Assembly (NCBI RefSeq): GCF_021028975.2
Contig: NC_059425.1
Location: 122,388,001 to 122,452,000 of the forward strand
DNA from: Sphaerodactylus townsendi
Lineage: Eukaryota
Reading direction: 5' to 3'
Length of the DNA stretch: 64,000 nt
Shown here: positions 36,101-49,700 of the stretch, piece by piece
How the letters are laid out: each line of letters opens with the position of its first letter
How positions within the stretch are numbered: position 1 is the first letter of the stretch
Made by a program: the position numbers and the translations under genes
The notes under the pieces: model-generated
Seen by the model: the letters and a program-made list of their open reading frames with translations, nothing else
Database searches by the model: none
Told to the model about the DNA's origin: nothing

Positions 36101-38739
36101 ATCTCCAAACTACAGAGCTTGGTTCCCCTGGAGAAGTGGCTTATTTGGAGAGTGGATTCTTTGACATTATACCCAACTGAGGCCCCTTCTCAGGCCCCAC
36201 CCTTAAATTCCCAGGACTTTCCTAACTTGGCATTGGCAGCTGTACTTTGAGGACTTTTTCCTATTTTTCTGGTAGGAAAAAAATGAGAATTTGGAGGACA
36301 ATAGAAGAATATTCCTGTGAAGCATTTTCTTTGAGAAAAATGCTTTTTTAAGACAAGGTTGTGCTCACACAGTGTGTAGTATAAAGATGCTTTATATAAG
36401 ACAGTCTACAATATTAGATAACTTCCTGTGTATACTGAAGATGCATACAATATTTTGATTATGTCTATTTAACTATAGACAAAATCTGTTGAGTTTTACA
36501 TGCTGTAATATACGTGACAGTAACATGTGACAGTAACACAATATTGAAGAATTCACTGTTGTAGCATTCAGCCAGTATGCACATGCTGGTAGTCCTACTG
36601 TGTCTGTATGAAACAGTTTCTTCCAAATAATATACCATCTTTACTACAGAATTTGTTTTATAGTTTCAATATTTGTTTTTTCTGACCTCTGAGAATTAGG
36701 ACACACATGCTAAGACAGCATAGGATGAAGTAGGTTTCTTCTCTCTGCGTCATGTGCACGTAGAATAAGAACTTGCCATCCAGTCACAACCAACTCATGG
36801 CAGTTCCGACCACAGGGCACTCAAGTCAGGAGAGGAGGAGTAAATGTGGTTTGCCATTATCTTCCTTCGCTTAGCAGTTCTAGTCTTCCATAGTCGGCTC
36901 ATATCGAAATACTGAACCATGCTTAGTTCCAGAGGCGTAGCTGGGCCAAACTGCATTCTATATTTTCCGCCCCCCCCCTGCAGCGCCCCCCCCCACGGCG
37001 CCCCCTTTTCCCCTTCCCACATTTACCTTAGTTCCTTTCCTTTTTCTAGAACTTTTTCAGGCTGCAAAAGGCCTGTTCACAGTAAAAACGGCCTGATGGG
37101 AACTATACTTCCCAAGGTCTCCTGGGAACTGTAGTGTCTGAGTGAAGTTTGTTTGCAGTCGCATCCACAGTTGCATTAGCAGCATGTTTTCAATACAATT
37201 CCTTATGAAATAATTTTTAAAAATCGGAATGTGATACATTGCTGAACAGGAAACATCTTTGTGCCCTCAGTGCATTTAAATACAAGATGAAACAAATTTC
37301 TTCCAAAGGAAGCAGATAAGCAACTCTTTCCCACATAAAGGCACTGGCCTGGAAACAGATTAACCTTTCTATTTTGCTACAAGTGGAAACTTCACAGCTT
37401 AACAGTTTGCTGGGAAAGAAAATCATAGTTGTTTACTGTTTAAATAGCAACTAAAGACTGTCATTATGTTCTCTAGATGTGTATGCAGTTGAGAAATGGC
37501 AAGTGTGGTATTGTGGTTAAGAGTGCTGGACTAGTATTTGAGAGACCAAGGTTTAAATCCTCACTCATGCCATGGAAACTTGATGGGTAACATCGAAATG
37601 TTGCATATAGAATTGTTTACTAAAGTCATCTAAGAATCAGCACATATATCTGCTGTAGATGCAGATCTTTTTTTAATAGAAACAGTTTGTGTGTGTGTGT
37701 GTCTTAAAAAAACTGGGGATAAAGAATGTTGAAGGCAGTTGGAAAGATATGTGTTAGTTTCAGGTAGGGAAAAGAACCAATATGGAAGACCAGTTGTGAG
37801 GAATCCAGAATCCAAAGGAGATGTGCAATTAGGTCAATTGTTCAGCACTGTTCACTTTAGATAATTTTTTGCCATTACTCACACACCATCTTCAATCTCC
37901 ATGTGGAACTGCTTTGTCATTTTCTATAATGCAGAAGCCTCTTCAAATAGTATCACTTATATGTTAAATATTCTTCAAAGGAGAATTGTGTATTGCAGCA
38001 TACTATCTGTTTTAGAAGCCTAGATGTAAACAATTAGGCAACTAAAATGCACAGAACCATGTTACTTCTTATAGTAACCCGATGTCCCCCACCTTAATCC
38101 CCGTGTTCACAATACTACGTAAAGTTGACAAGTTCAAAATAACTTTCTATAAATGTAAATTTAGTTAATAGGAAACTGGCTTTATCCCCTTTAAACAGTA
38201 AATAATGAGCATAGTTAAGTCTTCACACTCCTTAAATTGTTTAGCTTACATAAATGGAATTTTGTCCATAAATGGATTTTGTCCATAAATAATTTTTTTG
38301 AATTGCATACAACTAATAGAAATCAGCGTTTAAAATCTTTCATTTCTCAGGCCATCTGGTATATTGGAAAAATCTTGGAAATTGAACAGGGGCAGAGAGA
38401 TTTGTTACAGAAAATCTAAGTCGGGGTATGATCCCCCTTGAATAAATGACATTTCAGTCTTCTAGCATTCCATGCAGAATCATTTACTGAATACCGTACT
38501 GATCATGGCTTTGGGTACTTAAAAGACAAGGGAACTTGAAGCCTACCTCAAGCTTTAGTGTATTTAAACTCAGTTCTCGAGTCATAGTCAAGATTGTTTT
38601 GTATTCCATACCAGAAAGATTAAAATCACATTTCATATTTTTCTCTGAACCTCTGTGATGACTCCCCCCATAGCATATATCATAATGAGTACTGTGTATA
38701 AGTAACCCCAGTTCTATAAAGTCTTTTATCTTGCACCAC

Positions 38740-39071
38740 AAGCAGGAGAGGTTAAACTTAAGAGCAGGTGTACCCTAATCTGGAGGAACCCGGTTTGATT
38801 CCCCACTCAGCCACCTGAACTGTGGAAGCTTATCTGGGGAATTCAGATTAGCCTACATTCCAACACACACCAGCTGGGTGACCTTGGGCCAGTCACAGTT
38901 CTTCGGAGCTCTCTCAGTCCCACCTACGTCACTGGATGTTTGTTGGGAGGGGGAACGGAAAGGAGTTTGTAAGCCCCTTTGAGTCTCCTACAGGAGAGAA
39001 AGGGGGGATATAAATCCAACTCTTCTTCTTCTTCTTCTTCTTCTTCTTCTTCTTCTTCTTCTTCTTCTTCT
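38740..39071 (+). mobile_element. Squam3-like SINE with expanded (TTC)n tail
   Basis: Similar to 10405-10699; (TTC)n at ~39021-39071. Confidence 0.8.
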
Positions 39072-39444
39072 CTTCCTTCTGCAGTTGCCACCAAATTAAG
39101 AACCCCTTTCAGATTGCTGAGAATCTTTGTGCTGCAGTGTATTTTTCCAGTTGCTTCTTGAATCCTAAAAGAATAGGGCTGTTTGCTTAGTCATTGGGAT
39201 CCTTATGCTTCCTTGCCAGATGAACAGGTATCCTCAAAGCATTGAGCATGACATCTCCTAGCTGAGACTGTGGCATCGATTCCCGTTTACTTATTTACTA
39301 TGTTTTGAGGTATCTTTGCTCTGATTAAAGAATTTTTAAATATGTTGTGATCTTTTCTAGTTATGCAGGTTATTTACAGCTTTGTCCTGTTTCAAAATTG
39401 CAAGAGTAAATAACAAGCAGTAATTAAATCTGACTATTTATGTT

Positions 39445-39655
39445 GTCCTGGCCTGGATAGCCCAAGCTAGCCTGATCTAGTTAGATCTTGGAAGCTAAGC
39501 AGTGTCTGTGGTGACTAGTATTTGGATGGGAGACCAGCAAGAAATACCAGTGGTGGCATGGAGGCAGGCAATGGCAAACCACCTCTGAATGTCTCTTGCC
39601 TTGAAAACCCGCCAGGGCTCACCATAACTCACTTGTGACTCAATGGCACTTTCCA
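39445..39655 (+). mobile_element. 5S rRNA-headed Sauria-type SINE
   Basis: CCTGATCTAGTTAGATCTTGGAAGCTAAGCAG...AGTATTTGGATGGGAGACC (5S internal promoter region) plus GGCAATGGCAAACCACCTCTG...CCTTGAAAACCC tail. Confidence 0.8.
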
Positions 39656-39859
39656 CCAGCGTTTATGATCCCACTTATCTGTACTACCTGCTTTTGGCCA
39701 CCAAAATGAGCAGTCGTGCTCCACAGGGCTAATCCTGTTCCTGAAATTTCCATGCAGGAATGGATGTACAACTCACTAGTCACTTATACAAGATTATTAA
39801 AATTTAATTGTACCTGACAAGCTGGTGCTAAATTAAGTGGACCGTCTTAAACATTGAGA

Positions 39860-40900
39860 CCAGTTCCAGCAAAGTAGCTGTACTACTCTGCTGCAACCAA
39901 AATACAAAGTTCATAGCACCTTAGAAACAAATTTATCATGCCATAAGATTTTGTCAGTGGTCAGATACATGAAATGTAACATTCCACTGTGAGAAACCTT
40001 TATATATAATCTCTACAACTACAAACAGTAGAAGGGTGGTGCAGACAAGTTATTAAAAAGAGAGACCTTCGCCCAGTTTCCTAGGACATGCTATGTTATA
40101 TAACATAGCAGAGCACAGTTGAAAACAAGATCCAGTTAAGAGTAAACAATCTACTCAGAGTGGGTGTGGACCACTCCCAGCTGCTGAGGAATTAACAAAC
40201 TAGGATGAATAGCATACACTAAATCAGCAAGGAGAGTCTCCCTCCCGAGTCCATGCGTGCTTGTCTCAGATTTACATATGACCCCTAACTCTGCTGTTTC
40301 TCACTGGACTCTCCTTTGGAAACTCTTATGCTGCAGCCTCTGAGTTTGTTAAAGCTAGGGAGGTTAATGGGCTCCCCACTGGGGTTTCTGAATGATTCTG
40401 TTTTTAATGGGCAATTTGAGTTTGTGTGTTCTCCTGCTTGGATACTGTCCAGTTTGGTCAGTGTAAGTGGTAGAAGGGTATTGCTGGTACATGATAGCAT
40501 GTATCTTATTAGAGGATGTGGAGATGTAAACCCTTTATGGGATGGTTGAAGTCCTTCGAGTAAGCATGGGGTCAATTAGGTCAATGCTGGAATGGGGCAT
40601 TGGTGCTGGCTGGGAGGAGCAATCTATAAACTAAGAGCAACTTCTCTTGCAAGGTCTGGGAGCATTGTTAAGTTGGTGGAGTTTGGCAGATGGGGGAAGG
40701 TTCTAGTTGAGAGTTGCCTGTAATGGATATCTTTATCTGCCAGTTTTTAAGCTGGTACCTGTGCAAAGTGGTGGAGCTGGTTAGAAATATACTATTATGC
40801 ATTAAATATACTATTATGCATTATGCATTATACTATTTTTCATCAGCGTAAAGACATGTATATGGATGGGACTCTTGTCTTCAGAACAAGGAAAAACAGA
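39860..40900 (-). mobile_element. Degraded Penelope-like element
   Basis: Terminal GTAGCTGTACTACTCTGCTGCAACCAAAA..AGCACCTTAG resembles reptile Penelope ends; minus-strand peptide ..FRNPSGEPINLPS.. resembles the GIY-YIG region. Heavily decayed. Confidence 0.5.
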
Positions 40901-42760
40901 TGAGGAAGTAGATCATTTGAGGCAGCTGAATGAGACTTAGGCCGAGTGTCTGATCCTTCCTTTTTACTAGGTCACTTAAAGCCTTGCATAGTCTCTTGGC
41001 TTTGCCTAGGACGGTGCTCTTAGCTTATGACTTGCAGCCTGTGAGCCTTGTCAGCCAGCAGAACTAGCAGATTGGTATTGCTGATAACATGTATGAAGTT
41101 TGTATTGGGGACTCATTGGTTGCTATATTTTTGTTTAAATTTGTACTAAGTGAAAATGGAAAAAGATAGTGAAATAAATAACTGGCAATTATATTGGGGT
41201 AAATCCAAAAATCTTCCAAGGTACCTTTCTTCAACCTAAATGGCTCTTCCTCCAACAGCAGACCTGCTTAAGTTGGAGGGAGCCTTCAAACTTTGCTCAG
41301 GGGAGAATAGCAGGTATGGGGGTTCAATCCATCCCTGTATGTTGGGAGTCTTCAAACAAATTGGGAAAAAGTGTTAGACATCCATAGACATCCTCATTGA
41401 AAAAAAACTTGTGGTAAACAATTACAAGACATTGGTAAATATCTAGTTCTCATTAGTCTGCATAAAGGGAATTCTCATCTGTCAACAGCAGCTAGTCATG
41501 GAGCTGTACAAGATATAAACTGTACAAGCTGTACAAGGTATAAATTGTATCATGAATGCTGTATATTTATAGCACACAGGGTTGGAAAGTGTCTGTTTGG
41601 CAGGCAAACACTTTCTGTTGTTCAACTTGAATTTATTCAATCCTTATACAACCCCCCACCCCGGTTCAATAGCAGAACAGGTAACAAGCATGGGATGTGG
41701 GGGGGGGGGGTTTAGATGCTGTTTAAATGTGTCAACACTTCATTCAGTTGGAAAGAAATCTAAGCAAATAGTCATTTGTTCAATTGCAGCAACTGTATCA
41801 GGAGTCAGCATGGTGGAGTGGTCAGATTGTCAGGCTAGAGCTAGAATCTGAATCCCAACTTTGCCGTGGGAGTTTGCAGGGTAACCTTGGGCCAGTCACA
41901 CCCTGTCATCTTAACTTGCCTTATAGGTTGTTATGAGAATAAAATAGAGAGGAGGAAATTCACTTTGGGTTCCCACTGGGGAAAAAAGTGGGATATAAAT
42001 AAAGTAAGTAAATTAAATTGTGGTTAGGGATTTCTTCTTTTTAGGTATATAACAGTTTGCCTTCATGATCCTCTGACATTGCATAGCCAACAGTATCTTC
42101 ATTTTCTAGATACACATGACATTTCCGGTACTTCTAGGACAGAGATCAGAAAGTACTACTGTTCTGATATTCTACTGACAGTTCAGGGGAGATGACAGTT
42201 ATCTAGGACAGCGTCCTACTTGGAAGCAGGGATGAAAGAAAGCTGACACAGACTGGTTGAAAGTACCAGTAAAAATAGCAAAACGGTATCTCCCAAAATG
42301 GTTTTTTTTCTGCTTCAAGCCCCCTTTCATACAAGAACAGTACCAGTAAGAAATACAAAACCTGGAAAGACAAGAGGCAAATATTTGATTTACCTGGCGG
42401 TGACAGGTCTAAGGAGTAGGCAGAGGCTGAAAAGCTAGAATGTAAAATGTTAAACTCTGACAGAGAGTATGTGAGTGTTGGACTAGGAGTGGGTAGCATT
42501 TTAGGAGGTGTTAGAGCTTCAGACAAAATTTGGAGGAGTTCAGCTCTGAGATCCAGAGAGAGTAGACATGTTTAGTGTCTGTGAAAGACTTGTGGTTTTG
42601 GAGGGAACAGAGTATTGGAGGGCGAGACCATACTCTAGCCAAGAAGGGAATTTACTTATAGGAAGAGAAGAATTCCCAGCCCAGGTTCTTAGAGGAGTGC
42701 TAGTTTGTCTTTTAGATTGAGTGGGTAGAACTAAGAGAGCTGACTTAGAGTTGTTTCAGA

Positions 42761-45206
42761 AAAGACCATATTAACAGGCTGAAAGCAGGGAAAGCCCCTG
42801 GCTTAGATGGAATTACAACAGAAGTCCTGAAAGGGAACATTGATTGGTGGGCTCAATTTCTGGCCAACGTATTTACCTACATTGACAGAACGGGACGGAT
42901 CCCCAAAGATTGGGGAATGGCGATTACTGTTCCCCTACACAAAAAAGGTGATAAAAAAGATCCCAAAAACTACAGGCCAATTAGCCTCCTTAGCGTATTA
43001 AGTAAATTATATTCAAGACATCTGCTGGAGAAAATAAACGACTGGCTGGAAAGAGAAGATCTAATAGATATAGCACAAGCTGGCTTCAGAGAGGGACGCT
43101 CCACTACTGAGCATTCACTAATTATACAACATCTGATTGAAAAATATGCCGCAAGTGGTCCAACATCTCTATTTGCCGCATTCATTGATCTGAAGTCTGC
43201 TTTTGATTCCATCTCCAGACACAAGCTTTGGCAGAAATTAGAGGTATCTAGCATAGATAAGAGGCTTTACTTTTTGATACGTGCCCTGCATAACCAAGCA
43301 AAAATGAAAATTCGATGCAATCCTAAAGGGCATCTCACTGACCCAATCAACATACACAAGGGTGTCAGGCAGGGATGCTTATTAGCTCCCACCCTATTCA
43401 ACTTTTTCATAAATGGAATCACAAAACAACTGAAAAATATTGATAGCCATCCACCCAAGTTGGCCTCACAACATCTGGCAATACTCTTATATGCAGATGA
43501 TATTGTTCTCCTGTCCAGAACAGCAGTAGGACTTAGAAGAGCTCTCCGGAGCTTCACAGAGTACTGTGAAAAGGAAGAACTGGTCATAAATTTTTCCAAA
43601 ACAAAAATTATGAAATTTGGCAGTAAAACTAAAAAGAGAACTTGGAATATAAAAGGCAACAAAATTGAACAAGTAAACATCTTTAAATATTTGGGAGTGG
43701 TAATACAATCTTCCGGATCCAACAGCGAGCATCTAAAATTAGTAACAGAAAGGGCTGAAAGAACTATGCACGCTGTGCGAAAATTATTTTGTTCAAAGGG
43801 GGCCTTTTATGTTCCTGCAGCACTAAAATTGTATCAGGTTAAAATCATTCCACAACTTATATATGGAGTATACTCAAATCAGTGCATGACAAATATAAAG
43901 ATCTTGGAGAGAACTCAATGAAATTCTTAAGAGCTATTTTGCAAGTACCTCCAGGAGTGGCCAACGCCTTTTTAAGGCTAGAAGCCGGATTAATAAGGAT
44001 AGAAGACAGAATCTTCCTTCAAACAGCCTATCTATGGTTGAAGGCACATAGTAATCAAAAAGGATTATGGCCACTTATTGTCAGTGACTCTTTTCAACCC
44101 AGATGGATTCGGGAAGTCAATGAGAAGGCAACAAGGATGGGTTTATCACTTCCTGATTTAAAATCTCAACCCATATTTACAGCAAAAAGCACTCTCAAGC
44201 AAAGGGTACAGGATATTGCTAGACAACAAGATCTGCATAAGTATCCGGATTTTACACTAGAGGCATCTCGTAGATACATACAGTCACCAGCCCCATATGT
44301 ATCCAACATTGAAATACATACACTCAGAAGGGCATTTACCCTGGTGAGATGTGCATCGCTCCCGTCTGCGATCCTAGAAGGGAGATATAAGAAGATACCT
44401 AAAGAAAGGAGGATCTGTTCCTGTAATTTAGAAGAAATGGACACTACAGGCCACATCCTCCTCCGCTGCCCTCACTTTACAGAAATAAGAGCCAAAATAC
44501 TAGACCCAATATTAAATAATTTCAGGGGCTATCCAGAAAATGTATGTATAAGGAAGCTCCTGGAAGACAAAAATCCAAACTGGTCTAGATTGGTTGCCAA
44601 ATTTTGTACATTTGTTATAAAGAAACGCAGACCAGTGAGCAGGCAACTGATATTGTATTAGAGATACAGATATATATATATATATGGCTCATAATCATTA
44701 TTAATTATTAATAATATTATTACTATTTTAATCTAGGATTGAGTAAATGGGAGGGCAAACAGGCCAAAAGACAATAAGTAGGCAAGCCCATGCATATATG
44801 AATAATTTTAACTTAAGTGACTCATTTTAATGCTAAGTTATGGAATGAATTCATTTTAACGCTAAGTTATAGATTGAATATATTTTAATGCTAAGTTATT
44901 GATTGGACTAATTTTTAACGTTAAGTTATGGATTGGATTTATTTTTAATGCCGTTATAGATTGGATTTATTTTAACGCTAAGTTATGGACTGAATGTATT
45001 TTAACGCTAAGATATCGTATGTATGGGACAAGTGAAACAAATTAGGCCTCAGTGTTGATTTTAGGGTATTTATATATTACAATTACACGGGGAATTAAGG
45101 TTGAGAGTGTGTATAGAATTTGTTGATCCTCGACTGTAATTTGCTTATAGAATTTGTCGGTCCCTGACTGTAATTTGCTGGTCTTTGACTGTAATAAAGA
45201 TGCAAG
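42761..45206 (+). mobile_element. 5'-truncated RTE-X-like LINE (RT plus C-terminal CCHC-like domain), young
   Basis: KAGKAPGLDG, YRPISLLS, QAGFR, GVRQGCLLAP, LLYADD; one frameshift near 43.9 kb; 14-bp TSD AGAGTTGTTTCAGA (42747-42760, 45207-45220). Confidence 0.9.
44800..45015 (+). repeat. ~30-bp minisatellite (TTTTAAYGCTAAGTTATRGA...) in the LINE 3' UTR
   Basis: About seven imperfect tandem units. Confidence 0.85.
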
Positions 45207-45549
45207 AGAGTTGTTTCAGAGAGGGACCATTCTGTTGTCAGAAGGTGAAATCACAGTTTGTGTGGGAGAAGGATTTCCATCCCTAGTTCTTTAGTAGGAT
45301 TTACTTCAAATACTTTGAGATAAACCTAAGGTTTGAGAAGTCTGAAGGGGAAAAGTGAATTGTGGGAAATACTCCTTTCTGTATAATTTATAGTATCAGA
45401 ATTCCTACATGAACCTCTGGGTGCTAATTTGGTTATAATCTATTAAACATCTTCAAACTCCATCATATTTTAAAAGCATTAAGAACCCTATGACAAACCG
45501 ATATATTCAATGAAGAGAAGAAGTTAGGAGAATTAGGGAACATTCATTG

Positions 45550-45693
45550 CAGGGGCAGAGCGATGGGAAACGGCACCCAGGGCTCGCATGCATCCTGCAC
45601 CCCCGCCATGCCATGCCCCTGCTACGCCTACACACCAGTGCGCGGCCAGGGTGTCCTGCCTCCACCCTCCGCCCCATTGGCACATCGCCACTG
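45550..45693. mobile_element. GC-rich hAT-like MITE
   Basis: CAGGGGCAGAGCG...CATCGCCACTG ends; TSD ATTCATTG/ATTCTTTG. Confidence 0.7.
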
Positions 45694-46798
45694 ATTCTTT
45701 GTCCTTGGGTAGTGGGAGGTAGGAAAATTTTCCCCTCGTGATCCCCCACCTTCACATTGGCATATGAGAATTCTTCTTTTCTACCCCTTTGTCCTATTGT
45801 GTACATATAATTTTATTGGAATACAAGGCATGGAGTGCCATTCTGACACTTCTTTTGAGTACACATGGAAACTATCATAAGAGAAGACCCATGAGGGAGA
45901 GGAAATCCTCCCTGCTGTCCTATCTCTAGCTTCTGTTCCTTTCCCTTCTTCCGCTCTGGTGCCCAATTCCCCTTCCTTCCTGCTCACTATCTTTCCTGGC
46001 TGCCTATGCCCCCCCCCCCCCCGCCCGCCAATATATATCCTGCTCCCTCAATCTCTTGTCCAGTTTCTCTTTCTTCAGCTCCATCCCAGTTACCGCTCCC
46101 CCACACCCACACCGCTGGTTCTTCACCCACTTTCACTCACACTTTTCTTGTCTTTCTCTTCTTCCTTATAATCATTATTATTGCTACCACCATTTCTTTG
46201 TGGACTTCTCGGAGCCATGGATGCTTTGTTGTAACAGGTTACCTTGAAAACCCAAACAAAGGATAAGCAGGATTTTGCAAAATATTCTCACTAGATCTCT
46301 GCTGTGATAGAACTGTTTTGTGATAATGTCTGCTTGCACCAATTACTTGTCTTATGAGGGAGACTGTGGGTGGAGGGATGAAGTTATCTCCTCAGGTTTT
46401 TTTAGTTGTATTTTTCTACAAACCTGCAGTTTGCCAGAAGTATCTTCCTTAGCCCTTTACTGATATTCACAGGGTGGGAGGGTATACTTGGTTATTAGCA
46501 ATATTTTTCTACAAGAGGTGGTCCCGGGCAGCCTGGCAGAGTGGGGTCGAGGGGTGCTTGGGTGCGGCATCCGCTGGGCCTGGTGGGGGGGGCAGGCCAA
46601 GGGGGGCCCTGTGGCAGCCCTGCTAGGCCGCTCCTTCAGCCTTCACCGGCTCAAGGAGTGGCCTGGCAGGGCTGGGGCCTGCTGAGGTGGTAGGGGTGTG
46701 GGGGGCAATTTTGCACACCTCCCCTGCGGGTGCCATCCCCTCCTCCCCTGTTCCAACTTGGATGAGCTGACTTGGCGCAGAGGAGGGGTGTGTGGGGG

Positions 46799-49700
46799 CA
46801 GTGGTGGGATCCAAAATGGCGCCGACGAGGGCTGCCTCGGTGGGATGCTCTCAAATGGCTTCTACATTTTCTACTTTTTCCTGCAATTTACAACGAACTT
46901 CATACTCCAGAGACCATCTGCTAAGAATTAGGGAACGTTTCCTTAAGGAGTGGCTCTCTGTAACTTTACCCCTATCTGTCTTTACAACCACGGAGGAAAC
47001 CACGGAGGAAACTTCAGCACAGGAGGCAGCCATTTCCCGGCAACGACAGATCAGCAAAAACAAGCACAGGCGGCAGAGACGAAGAGGTAAAAGGGCGGGA
47101 ATTTTAAATAGACTAAGGAATAAGGGAATTAAAAACCCCCCGCTCCCTTCAATCTTTCTTACCAATTTATGCTCACTTGCCAACAAGATAGATGAAATAC
47201 TTCTTTTAAACAGATGCAATTCTGATTTTTACAATGCATCTGCCCTATGCTTTACTGAAACCTGGCTAAATGAGAGCATTGATGATAATAGCATGTGCAT
47301 ACCGGGGTTTCAGATATTTCGTTCAGACAGGATTGCAGAATTATCAGGGAAGAAAAAAGGGGGAGGATTATGTATATACATCAACAAAGGCTGGTGTCAA
47401 GACATAAAAATAATTCAAAAATTCTGTGATGAAAACTTGGAGTCCTTACTTATTAATTGCAAACCCTTTTATTCCCCTCGAGAGATAAATTCAATTCTGT
47501 TTTTTTTGGTTTATGTTCATCCACAAGCGTCTGTAAAAAAGGCATTAAGAACTCTAGCCGATCAGATTATGGAGGCTGAAGCCAAATACCCTGATTCACT
47601 GGTTATTATTTTGGGAGATTTAAACAAAGCAAACTTAAGGGAAGACCTACCAAAAATACTTTCAGCATGTCAACTGTCCCACCAGAGGCAAGAATATCTT
47701 AGACCACTGCTATACAACACTGAAAGATGCTTATCAGTCTTTACCACGAGCAGCTGTAGGCCATTCTGATCATTGCATGATTCACCTTGTACCTGCTTAC
47801 AAACAAAGATTTAAAGCCACAAAACCAATAACTAAATCAGTGAGAACTTGGACTGAAGAGGCAAAGTTAAAGCTGCAGGCTTGCTTTGACTGTACAGACT
47901 GGAACATTTTTAAAGACACCTCTGCAGATTTGGATGAACTCACAGATACTGTAACATCATATGTCAGCTTCTGTGAAGATCTTTGTATACCAACCAGGAA
48001 CTTTAAGCGATATATAGTAACAACAAAACCTTGGTTCACAGCTAAACTTAAGCAGTTACGCTTCTGCTCCAAAGAAGAGGCCTACAGAAAAGGTGATAGA
48101 ATGCTGTATAATCAGGCCAGAAATATATTAACAAAGGAGATCAGAGCAGCAAAAAGAAACTACTCTGAAAAGCTAAAAAATCAGTTTTCACCAAACGAAA
48201 CAGCAAACATGTGGAAAACTCTCAAAAATATCACCGGTTACAGCAAACCACCTTCCCAAGCTGAAGGGAATCAGCAATTGGCAGACGACCTGAATGTGTT
48301 CTACTGTAGGTTTGAAAATAATCTACAGTCACCTTTCTCCACAACCTCTATTTCAGATGCACCAACAATAGCCAAACTTCCTGCAACTGCACCCATTTCA
48401 TTGGGTTTACAACCCCTGGTGATCTCAGAAAAGGAAGTGCAAGATCTATTTCACAGACAGAAGCCTGGAAAAGCACCAGGCCCAGACAAGATAACACCTT
48501 CTTGCTTAAAAGTCTGTGCTGTCCAACTGTCCCCCATCTTTACCCAAATCTTCAACAAATCACTAGAGATGTGCTATGTTCCTTCCTGCTTCAAACACTC
48601 CACTATCGTCCCAGTGCTGAAGAAGCCTTCCATCAAGGAACTGAACGACTACAGACCAGTTGCTCTAACATCTGTAGTTATGAAAACTTTTGAAAGGCTG
48701 GTGATGTACCATTTGAAAACCATCACGGATCCACTGTTGGACCCCTTGCAATTTGCATACCAAGCAAATAGATCGACAGATGATGCTGTTAATGTGGCTT
48801 TGCACTATATCCTACAGCATCTTGAATCGCCAAAGACCTATGCAAGGGTCCTCTTTGTTGACTTTAGTTCAGCATTCAATACTATCATACCGGACATTCT
48901 TCTAACCAAACTAAATCAGCTAGCAGTACCTGAGCATATTTGTAAGTGGATCACAAGCTTCCTAACAGATAGGAAACAGCAGGTGAGGCTAGGAAAAATT
49001 ACATCAGACACCTGTAAAATGAGCACAGGGGCCCCCCAAGGCTGTGTACTTTCACCACTTCTCTTCTCTCTGTATACCAATGACTGCATCTCAAACGATC
49101 CATCTGAAGTTTGCAGATGATACAACAGTGATTGGTCTCATTCGAGACAACGATGAAACCGCATACAGACGGGAGGTTGAACAACTAGCCTCGTGGTGCC
49201 ACTGGAACAATCTAGAACTGAACACACTTAAAACCGTAGAAATGGTGGTAGATTTCAGGAGAAACCCTCCCATCCTACCTCCTCTCACAATACTAGACAA
49301 CACAGTATCAACAGTAGAGACCTTTAAATTTCTAGGCTCCATCATATCTCATGACCTAAAATGGTCACCTAACATGAAAAATGTCATCAAAAAAGCACAA
49401 CAAAGAATGTTCTTTCTGCGCCAACTCAGGAAGCTCAAACTGCCCAAGGAGCTGCTGATACAGTTCTACAGAGGAATCATTGAGTCTGTCATCTGCACCT
49501 CTATAACTGTGTGGTTTGGTTCTGCAACCCAACAAGATCTACACAGACTTCAGAGAATAATCAGAACTGCAGAAAAAACAATTGCTGCTAACCTGCCTTC
49601 CATTGAGGACCTGTATACTGCACGGGTCAAAAAAAGGGCTGTGAAAATATTTACTGACCCCTCGCATCCTGGTCATAAACTGTTTCAACTCTTACTCTCT

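Noticed and set aside
39460-39550. Possible 5S rRNA gene
   Set aside because: Diverged, incomplete and fused to a SINE tail; several dispersed copies.
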